64,000 bases of DNA from an uncultured Butyrivibrio sp. (lineage in GTDB: Bacteria > Bacillota > Clostridia > Lachnospirales > Lachnospiraceae): the NCBI GenBank assembly GCA_947167765.1, contig CAMVJI010000002.1, positions 494-64,493 on the forward strand, in the 5' to 3' direction. Under the pieces are notes generated by a model. The model was not told where the DNA came from, did not search any database, and saw only the letters and a program-made list of their open reading frames with translations. Below, piece by piece: positions 47,070-54,662 of this stretch. How positions within the stretch are numbered: the stretch's first letter is position 1; each line of letters opens with the position of its first letter. The position numbers and the translations under genes are program-made.

Positions 47070-47259
47070 GTTCATCCCCCGTTTGATTACCCAAAAACGT
47101 CCACCGGAAATCGGTCAAGTGGACCATGGAATACCGCAGCAGATACGGATGGTGGGATCAGCTGAATTGCTGAAAACACCTAGTATCTGCGAGGATATGC
47201 CGTGAAAGCTACTTGGGCGATTTACGGTGGACGTTATAATTCAAAGAGCGGGGATGAAC
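47070..47259 (+). other. Hairpin B: second ssoA/Frpo-like element, homologous to hairpin A, on the opposite strand
   Basis: 190-nt rod closed by GTTCATCCCC/GGGGATGAAC. The 3' arm has GATATGCCGTGAAA (47194-47207), TTGGGC (47213-47218, opposite GGTCAA), 16 nt, then unpaired TATAAT (47235-47240). Confidence 0.65.
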
Positions 47260-47264
47260 CCATA

Positions 47265-49058
47265 TTATCTTACTGATACCTTGATATGGCTGTTCTTGTT
47301 CTTGTAGTCGCTACTGATCTCCAGCTTGTAGGTGGCATTGCCATCGGCGTCTTCAGACACTTTTTCAAAGCCCTGAAGGGTGTAGAAATCTTTTACCATC
47401 TTGTTCTTGGCAGTAGGATAGTAGTAGCCATAGATGGTTTTAATGCCCTTTTCAAGGGCTTTTTCGTGAAGTGCATCCATCATTGCAAATTCCATATCTC
47501 TTTTAAGAACGCGGCAGCTCATGAGCCACAGGTCGATGTGGAGCTCGTCGCCTTTTATGCTTCCGGCAATGAGAGATACGATACCATTATCGCCAAACTT
47601 ATCTGATAGGCGCCCATAAAGTGTTATGCACTTTGGATCATTGGCCGTTTTTTCAATGTCATCGGGGCTGTAGCGTTTGGTGGTCAAATTGAACTGATTA
47701 CTCTTGTTGGTGAGCTGGGCTATCCTTGGAATATAGAGCTTTTCAAAAGGAGCAATCTCAGCCTCCATATCAAGGGAAGTGAGGTACTCTCCGTAATCAG
47801 CAAAGCTCTCCTCAGCTTCAGTGCGCTTTTTGTTGGCAATGTACATTTCGTTTCTTTTCCTGTCATCCTCAGATACAGAGGTGGCTTCAAAGAAACCTGA
47901 GTGATCAAGGATCCTTATGTAGTGCTCAGGAGTGTCTATTTCTGGGACTGCAGCCCCCTTTACCTGTCCTTCGATGATGGCTCTTTCTGCAGGATTGTCA
48001 TCTACAAATACCAGGGAATCAGGTAGTATGTTCAGCTCTTTGGCAATTGACTTAAGGTTCTCGCTCTTTGGATCCCAATTAGCTCTTATGGCCACAAAGT
48101 CGTCGGGCTTAAGGATTCCATCTGGGTGAGAAAGGCCTGCCATGGCATTTTCTTCCTCGTTCTTGGAATCAACGGTTAAAAGGACACCGATGTCCTTTTG
48201 CATTTTTACATAGTGCTGGAACTCTGCGTACACCTGACCAAGGTTGGTTTCCTGACCAATCTCAATCCCGTCAACGCCATCGTCTCCAATGACGCCTCCC
48301 CAAAGAGTATTATCAAGATCAAGTACAAGACCCTTTTTGTTCCTGCCATAGATTGACTTGATAATGTTGGCTACGCTGAAGCTAAGGGTTGGGATTGCTG
48401 GGATGCACAGGGCGTATTTGTACATGTGCCAGGTAAGTGGATCAGACCACTCATCAAGGCCATAGCAGCTTGAAAGGTAGTTTATATCGTTGATAAAAAA
48501 GCTTGTAGAGTTATCAGAAGCCTGCCTTGCAAACTGAGCAAATTTCTCATTTAATCTGTTTATGAACGATACTCTTCCGTGGACATCGTAGAAGTCACGG
48601 TTTCCCATAAGCCTGTAAAAGGGAGCTTCAAAATTGTTCTGGATAACAGGGCAGTGATAAGTCTCTATCAGTTTTTTCCACATGGTCTCAAAGTGCTGGT
48701 AAGTCTTATCAAGCTTATCCTCAACAGTAGCAGCATCGTCGTCCATTGTGGGATAGTCTGTAATGTTGCGGTTACTTGTGTGTATAAAGATCACATCAGG
48801 AGAAAATGAAGAAAGCTCCTCTCCAAACATGGCATCCTGCCAGTACTGTCCATATTCTGATTCATAGAATTCTGGTTCAATACCGTAGTTTAATAGAAAA
48901 AGCTCCATAACCTTTATGATATCGTGAGTGGTTGAACCTCCAAGAACCGCGATCTTCTTGTGAATGCGCTGGCTACCATCAGCTAAAAGAGCTTTCTTTA
49001 TGCTCTTTTTCTTTTTCATAATGTAGTTGCTATCAAAAGGATATTCTAGTTCTTTCAT
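47265..49058 (-). CDS. FkbH-like HAD-IIIC protein (glyceryl-ACP synthase family)
   Basis: LVLDLDNTLWGG, SKN, ANWDPKS, VFVDDNPAE, QLTNKSNQFNLT, DKFGDNG and WLMSCRVL motifs, plus an extra N-terminal domain. Confidence 0.88.
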   Translation of the reverse strand: MKELEYPFDSNYIMKKKKSIKKALLADGSQRIHKKIAVLGGSTTHDIIKVMELFLLNYGIEPEFYESEYGQYWQDAMFGEELSSFSPDVIFIHTSNRNITDYPTMDDDAATVEDKLDKTYQHFETMWKKLIETYHCPVIQNNFEAPFYRLMGNRDFYDVHGRVSFINRLNEKFAQFARQASDNSTSFFINDINYLSSCYGLDEWSDPLTWHMYKYALCIPAIPTLSFSVANIIKSIYGRNKKGLVLDLDNTLWGGVIGDDGVDGIEIGQETNLGQVYAEFQHYVKMQKDIGVLLTVDSKNEEENAMAGLSHPDGILKPDDFVAIRANWDPKSENLKSIAKELNILPDSLVFVDDNPAERAIIEGQVKGAAVPEIDTPEHYIRILDHSGFFEATSVSEDDRKRNEMYIANKKRTEAEESFADYGEYLTSLDMEAEIAPFEKLYIPRIAQLTNKSNQFNLTTKRYSPDDIEKTANDPKCITLYGRLSDKFGDNGIVSLIAGSIKGDELHIDLWLMSCRVLKRDMEFAMMDALHEKALEKGIKTIYGYYYPTAKNKMVKDFYTLQGFEKVSEDADGNATYKLEISSDYKNKNSHIKVSVR

Positions 49059-49106
49059 TCTTATCTCCGAAATGTAGTGTTTTTAAGGGGAATTTAAGTC
49101 TGTTTC

Positions 49107-49115
49107 ATCATATCA
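49107..49115 (-). promoter_or_regulatory. Putative extended -10 promoter for the FkbH-like gene
   Basis: The minus strand reads TG-A-TATGAT about 50 nt upstream of the ATG. Confidence 0.45.
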
Positions 49116-49130
49116 CATTTTCACTTAGGT

Positions 49131-49158
49131 TTGTTTATACCATAGAAAATGATATAAT
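49131..49158 (+). promoter_or_regulatory. Putative promoter for the asnB2-MBOAT-SGNH operon
   Basis: TTGTTT (49131-49136), then TG-A-TATAAT (49150-49158). Confidence 0.6.
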
Positions 49159-49206
49159 TCATTTGATACTAGGGCCTTTGGCCTTGGGAATTGTGAAAGG
49201 AATCAT

Positions 49207-51090
49207 ATGTGCGGGATCGCAGGACTTTTGAAGTTTAAGGGCGACGTCAGGGGCAACATCCAGAAGATGAATGAAAGGATGCTCCACAGAGGCCCTGACG
49301 ACGGCGGTATTTATATAAGTGAAGATGGCAGCGTGGCGCTTGGTCACAGGCGCCTTTCTATTGTGGATCTTTCTAAGAATGGTGCACAGCCTTTTGTGTC
49401 GGCATCTGGCAGGAACATAATGGTATATAACGGCGAGATATACAATGCTGGAGAGCTAAAAAAAGACCTTGAAAAAGAGATCTCTTTTCGCAGTACCTCA
49501 GACACAGAAGTGCTTATCGAAGCAATAGAAAAGTATGGAATAGACAGGACTCTTGAAAAGATCAAGGGAATGTTTGGCTTTGCTGTTTTTGATAAAGAAA
49601 AAAGGACAGTCACCCTTGCCCGTGACAGGATAGGGGAAAAGCCCCTTTACTACGGAATGGTAAACGGAGCATTTGTGTTTGCATCCGATATAGGCTGCAT
49701 CAGAGTGTTAGATGATTTTACCAATGGCATAAGTACAGATGTACTGGACATATACTTCGAGGATGGTTATATTCCATCTCCATATTCGATCTACAATGAT
49801 ATCTACAAGCTTGAGCCTGGCAAGTACCTTACTGTTAATGTTGACAGTTTGGAGACTTCGCAAAAAACCTACTATTCTCTTAAGAATGTAGCTTATAAAG
49901 GACAGCATGACAGGTTCAAGGGAAGCTTTGAGGAAGCCTCCCTGGAGCTTGAAAGGCGACTTAAGGATTCTATAAAAGGTCAGATGGTTGCGGATGTTCC
50001 TCTTGGAGCATTTCTTTCTGCCGGAATAGACAGTTCAACTGTTGTATCTCTCATGCAGTCTATTGCTCCTGGTAAGGTTCGCACCTTTACCATTGGCATG
50101 AACGACGATAAGTACAATGAGGCTGTTTATGCAAAAGAGATAGCACAGCATCTGGGGACTGACCACACAGAGCTTTATATCACAGAGGATGACGCCAAGG
50201 CAGTTATCCCAAAACTCCCATTTATGTTTGGTGAGCCCTTTGCGGATTCTTCCCAGATCCCAACATATCTGGTCAGCAAGATGACAAGAGATCATGTCAC
50301 TGTGTCGCTTTCAGGTGATGGTGGAGACGAGCTCTTTTGCGGATATAATTCCTACAGGTCAGTCAGCAGAGTCTGGAATAAGATAAAAAAGATCCCTTAT
50401 CCTTTGAGGAAGGCGTTAAGTGAAACCCAGCTTCTCTTTGCTGGAAGCGATATAACCGGGGATCCGGGAAAAGAGGTTAAGTACCTCAAGGCAAAATATA
50501 TGGGAGCAAGATCTCCCTATGAAGTTCACAAGTTTGAGCATGAGACAGATCCTTTGATAGGACAGATTGCCCTAAAAAAGGGCACTGCCAAATATAAGTG
50601 TATGGACATTCCAAAGGACTTTCTTGGGGAGGTCAATCACGAGGTCATGCTCATGGATATGCTTTTGTACCATCCGGAGGATATTCTTGTTAAGGTTGAC
50701 AGGACAGCTATGGCGGTATCCCTTGAGACTAGAGTTCCAATGCTTGACAGGGACGTCGTGGACTTTGCCTTTAGTCTTCCCATCGAGTATTTAAGGGATG
50801 ACAAGACTGGCAAAAAGATACTCAGAGATGTATTATACCGATATGTGCCAAAAGAGATGATGGAACGCCCCAAGAAGGGATTTTCCATTCCAATAAGCAA
50901 GTGGCTCCTGGATAGTGACCTTAGGCAGTGGGCTGAGGAGCTTTTAGACAGAGACAAGATAAGGCAGCAGGGAATTCTTGATGCCGATGTTGTTCATAAG
51001 ATATGGACAGACTTTACTACAAGGGGAATATACAGAGTGCAGATATGGTACATTCTGATGTTCCAGCAGTGGTATGAGGAAGAGTTTTAA
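49207..51090 (+). CDS. asnB: Second asparagine-synthetase-like glutamine amidotransferase
   Basis: MCGIAG, HRGPD, RLSIVDL, YNGEIYN, LSAGIDSS, SGDGGDE and KKGFSIP motifs. Confidence 0.88.
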   Translation: MCGIAGLLKFKGDVRGNIQKMNERMLHRGPDDGGIYISEDGSVALGHRRLSIVDLSKNGAQPFVSASGRNIMVYNGEIYNAGELKKDLEKEISFRSTSDTEVLIEAIEKYGIDRTLEKIKGMFGFAVFDKEKRTVTLARDRIGEKPLYYGMVNGAFVFASDIGCIRVLDDFTNGISTDVLDIYFEDGYIPSPYSIYNDIYKLEPGKYLTVNVDSLETSQKTYYSLKNVAYKGQHDRFKGSFEEASLELERRLKDSIKGQMVADVPLGAFLSAGIDSSTVVSLMQSIAPGKVRTFTIGMNDDKYNEAVYAKEIAQHLGTDHTELYITEDDAKAVIPKLPFMFGEPFADSSQIPTYLVSKMTRDHVTVSLSGDGGDELFCGYNSYRSVSRVWNKIKKIPYPLRKALSETQLLFAGSDITGDPGKEVKYLKAKYMGARSPYEVHKFEHETDPLIGQIALKKGTAKYKCMDIPKDFLGEVNHEVMLMDMLLYHPEDILVKVDRTAMAVSLETRVPMLDRDVVDFAFSLPIEYLRDDKTGKKILRDVLYRYVPKEMMERPKKGFSIPISKWLLDSDLRQWAEELLDRDKIRQQGILDADVVHKIWTDFTTRGIYRVQIWYILMFQQWYEEEF

Positions 51091-52638
51091 ATGAGTGTTA
51101 CATCCTTTAGTTTTTTGTGCTTTTTTGCACTGGTTTTGATCATATATTACGCGCTCCCTGTGTTGACCAAGGGGCGCGGTCAGTGGGTCGTACTTCTTTT
51201 GGCGAGTATGGCCTATTATCTGTTATCTGGCAATGAGGTTCTGATAATCTATCCAGTAATTTCTTCGTTTATCACCTGGGGGCTCCTCCAGATCCTTTCA
51301 AAGACATCAGAAGAAAACGTAAAGGTAAGGCGCATGCTCCTTGTGCTTGAACTTGTAACGCTCCTTGGAATACTGGTGGCATTTAAGTACACCAAGCTTA
51401 TTCATAAGGGATCAATAGTTCCGCCTTTAGGTTTGTCTTTTTATACCTTTATCCTTCTTGGATATTTTGTAGAAGTATACAACGGACTAAGTACTGCTAA
51501 TAAGAGCTTTTTAAAGACGGCTCTGTATGGCATGTATTTCCCGGTTATGATATCAGGTCCTATTTTTCAGATAAGGGAAACGGGAGAGCAGTTCTTTGAA
51601 AGGCACAGGCTGGATTACAAAAATCTTACCTTTGGCCTTTTTAGGATGCTCTGGGGATTTTTCAAAGAGCTTGTTATTTCCGAGAGGCTTGCAGTTATTG
51701 TAAACACAATCTACAACGATGACACTGCTTATCCAGGAACTTACATATGGATCGGTACAGTGTGCTTTGCGCTTCAGCTCTACACTAATTTTTCCGGATG
51801 CATGGACATAGTGATTGGTATTTCAGAGACCTTTGGCATCGTGCTTCCTGAGAATTTCAGAACTCCCTTTTTTGCAAAAAATATCAGCGAGTACTGGCGC
51901 AGATGGCATATCACTCTTGGTGTGTGGATGAGGGAAAATGTCTTTTACCCGCTGCTCAGGACCAGGATGATCACTGGACTTGGCAAGGCGCTTAAGGGTA
52001 AGCTCGGCAAAAAGAAAGGTAAGCAGTACACAACTTATGTGGCTATGTTTATCCTTTGGTTCTCTGTAGGTATGTGGCATGGCGGAGAGATGAAGTATGT
52101 TATCGGATCTGGCCTTCTTCACTGGGCATACATTGTTCTGGGCGAGATAACACTGCCGTTTTTTACCTGGCTCTTTGCAGAGAAAATGCATATGGATCTA
52201 AAGAGCAAGGCGGCGGATGTATTCAGGGTTATAAGGACTTTCTTCTTTGTATGCATCGGCGATCTGTTTTTCAGGGCAGATAATGTTCCCCACGCATTAA
52301 GAATGATGGCGGAGGGCGTATCAAAGTTCAATCCCTGGGTTTTAGTTGATGGAAGCATCTTTGAGCTTGGACTTGACTTTGTGGAGATAGGGATATTAGT
52401 TGTTTCTCTTATTATCCTGGTGGTGGTTTCAACTGTGCAGTACAGGATGGAACTTAGCGCGGATGGAGCTTTGGAAGGATCAAGATTTAAGGGATACTCA
52501 AATGTAAGAGAATATCTGGCATCTAAAGGCACTGCCATCAGATGGATAGTGATAATAGCATTTTTATTCTACTGCATATTGCTGGCTGAATATGGCCCTG
52601 GCTATAGCGCGGCTGAATTTATATATAAGGATTTTTAA
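51091..52638 (+). CDS. MBOAT family O-acyltransferase (AlgI/DltB-like) with a C-terminal FIYKDF motif
   Basis: PLGLSFYTF, YFP..SGPI, NFSG, ENFRTPF, YWRRWHITL and GMWHG motifs. Ends in EFIYKDF. Confidence 0.9.
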   Translation: MSVTSFSFLCFFALVLIIYYALPVLTKGRGQWVVLLLASMAYYLLSGNEVLIIYPVISSFITWGLLQILSKTSEENVKVRRMLLVLELVTLLGILVAFKYTKLIHKGSIVPPLGLSFYTFILLGYFVEVYNGLSTANKSFLKTALYGMYFPVMISGPIFQIRETGEQFFERHRLDYKNLTFGLFRMLWGFFKELVISERLAVIVNTIYNDDTAYPGTYIWIGTVCFALQLYTNFSGCMDIVIGISETFGIVLPENFRTPFFAKNISEYWRRWHITLGVWMRENVFYPLLRTRMITGLGKALKGKLGKKKGKQYTTYVAMFILWFSVGMWHGGEMKYVIGSGLLHWAYIVLGEITLPFFTWLFAEKMHMDLKSKAADVFRVIRTFFFVCIGDLFFRADNVPHALRMMAEGVSKFNPWVLVDGSIFELGLDFVEIGILVVSLIILVVVSTVQYRMELSADGALEGSRFKGYSNVREYLASKGTAIRWIVIIAFLFYCILLAEYGPGYSAAEFIYKDF

Positions 52639-53735
52639 TGAACAGAAAACAGATAATAACTTCAATAATTTTCATAGTGCTGGTGCTGTTTTTGGGACTT
52701 CACCTTACTTACATCCTTCGAACCAACGGAGATGTTAAGGACAGGTTTGTAGGTTTCTATGCGGAAAAGAATGATACCATCGATGCGGTATTTATTGGCT
52801 CAAGCCCCCTTCCTGCCTGTGTTGCAACGCCAAAGATCTACAAAGAGAGCGGGATCACAATTTACCCTTTGTCTTCTAACATGCAAAGACCAGTTGCCAC
52901 CAAATATCTTGTGGAAGAGGCACTAAAGAGCCAAAAGCCAGATCTTTTCATATTCGAGATGAGGATGTGGACTGCGGCAGATGAGGATCTTCTTGGAAAT
53001 ATGGCCCACACAAGGGAAGTTACTGACAACATGAAGTATTCTGTCAACAGGATTAAGACCATCAATGCAATGGTTGATGACAAAAACGACAGGATAAATT
53101 ACTACTTTGATATTTTCAAATATCATTCAAACTGGAAGACATTGTTCTTGTGGAGTCAGTTAAGAACTGCGTTTTACTGTTACCCGGAAGATCTTAAGGG
53201 AAGCCTTGTTGAGACAGAAGTAGGTCCCTGCGATCCGCCTGTCATGTTGCCAGAAAGTGAAAAGGAACCTATTCCATCTGAACAGGAAGAGTACCTCAAT
53301 GACCTTCTTGATTATCTTGATGAAAATAACATCAACGCACTTTTTGTTGTAACACCTTATGATGCCAAAGAACATGAACAGAGACGCTTTAACTATATGG
53401 CTGACATCATTTCAAAAAGAGGATATAACTTCCTTGATATGAACAGGCATTTAGATGAGATCGGAATAGATTTTTCCAGAGATATAAAAGACTATGGAAC
53501 CCATACCAATGTGGCGGGAGCTGCAAAGGTAACGGACTTCCTTACACAGTATCTTATCGAGAATTATAGGGATAAAGGCATAGCCCTTTCTGATGATCAC
53601 AGAGAAGATCCAAGGTACAAGTCTTGGGATAAGGCCTATGACAAGTGGCAGACAGAATATGAAGAGGGACTTGATACTATTGACAGTAACCTTGAGAATG
53701 GTATCTACTATGAGCTGCCTGACGAAGATGACTGA
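52638..53735 (+). CDS. Membrane-anchored SGNH/DltD-like extracellular acyltransferase
   Basis: One N-terminal TM, a VFIGSS nucleophile block and a DYGTHTN..GA DxxH block. Translationally coupled to the MBOAT. Confidence 0.7.
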   Translation: MNRKQIITSIIFIVLVLFLGLHLTYILRTNGDVKDRFVGFYAEKNDTIDAVFIGSSPLPACVATPKIYKESGITIYPLSSNMQRPVATKYLVEEALKSQKPDLFIFEMRMWTAADEDLLGNMAHTREVTDNMKYSVNRIKTINAMVDDKNDRINYYFDIFKYHSNWKTLFLWSQLRTAFYCYPEDLKGSLVETEVGPCDPPVMLPESEKEPIPSEQEEYLNDLLDYLDENNINALFVVTPYDAKEHEQRRFNYMADIISKRGYNFLDMNRHLDEIGIDFSRDIKDYGTHTNVAGAAKVTDFLTQYLIENYRDKGIALSDDHREDPRYKSWDKAYDKWQTEYEEGLDTIDSNLENGIYYELPDEDD

Positions 53736-53747
53736 GATGCTCACTTA

Positions 53748-53756
53748 TGGTATAAT
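53748..53756 (+). promoter_or_regulatory. Extended -10 promoter for the GT11/ABC operon
   Basis: TG-G-TATAAT, 33 nt upstream of ATG 53790, which has a GGAGG RBS. Confidence 0.55.
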
Positions 53757-53789
53757 TTCATATGTATATGCAATTTTGTCGGAGGGGAT

Positions 53790-54662
53790 ATGATAATAAT
53801 CCAGCTCAAGGGCGGACTGGGAAACCAGATGTTCCAGTATGCTCTTTACAGAGAATTACTTCATAGAGGAAAACAGGTCAAGATCGACGACGTAACGGGA
53901 TTTGAGAATGATAAGTTAAGGAAGCCTGTTTTGGATCGTTTTGGAATAGAGTATGAGAGGGCAACACCTGAAGAGGTAGTGGCCATCACTGATTCCAAAA
54001 TGGATATTTTTAGCCGTATAAGGCGTAAACTGACAGGCCGTAAGACCCACAGGATAGATGAGACTGAAGGTATCTTTGATCCCAAGATTTTAGAAGTTGA
54101 TGAAGCGTATCTGGTTGGCTACTGGCAGTCAGACAAGTACTTCACTTCACCAGAAGTTATCGAACATCTTCAGGAGACCTTTGCAAAGAGACCTCAGGAG
54201 ATAATGCATGACTCAGTCAGCTGGACTACCCTGCAGCAGATCGAGTGCAGCGAGTCTGTAAGTATTCACGTTAGACGTACAGATTATCTGGACGAAGAGC
54301 ACATCAAGATCCACAACCTGTGCTCAGCAAAATATTATAAAGACGCTATCAGCATGGTTAGGGAGAAGCATCCCAACGCTGTGTTCTTCATCTTTACCGA
54401 TGACAAAGAGTGGTGCAAGGAGCACTTTAAAGGTCATAATTTCATTAACGTAGAACTCCAGGAGGGCGAATTTACTGATGTTGCAGATATGCTCTTAATG
54501 AGCAGATGCAAGCACCACATTATAGCCAACAGCTCCTTTAGCTGGTGGTCAGCGTGGATCGGGGATTCTCCGGAGAAAATGGTCATCGCTCCAGCAAAGT
54601 GGATCAACAACAAAAAGATGGATGACATCTATACAGAGCGTATGACAAAGGTGGCAATTTAA
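53790..54662 (+). CDS. GT11 alpha-1,2-fucosyltransferase
   Basis: GGLGNQMFQY, GYWQSDKYF, IHVRRTDY, FTDD and IIANSSFSWW motifs. Confidence 0.9.
   Translation: MIIIQLKGGLGNQMFQYALYRELLHRGKQVKIDDVTGFENDKLRKPVLDRFGIEYERATPEEVVAITDSKMDIFSRIRRKLTGRKTHRIDETEGIFDPKILEVDEAYLVGYWQSDKYFTSPEVIEHLQETFAKRPQEIMHDSVSWTTLQQIECSESVSIHVRRTDYLDEEHIKIHNLCSAKYYKDAISMVREKHPNAVFFIFTDDKEWCKEHFKGHNFINVELQEGEFTDVADMLLMSRCKHHIIANSSFSWWSAWIGDSPEKMVIAPAKWINNKKMDDIYTERMTKVAI

Noticed and set aside
47008-47205. 65-aa ORF inside hairpin B
   Set aside because: There is no RBS, and hairpins A and B conserve pairing and motif spacing rather than codons.
47191-47225. Group II intron domain V (GAG..TATGCCGTGAAAG looks similar)
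   Set aside because: It lacks the AGC/CGC triad stem and the complementary CGTACGGTTC half. There is no domain VI or RT gene.
47070-47259. Canonical 6S RNA call
   Set aside because: Size and rod shape fit, but the bubble is close to the base, there are two copies, and literal RS_B/TATAAT motifs fit a ssDNA element better. Not excluded without an Rfam search, so it was not annotated as ncRNA.
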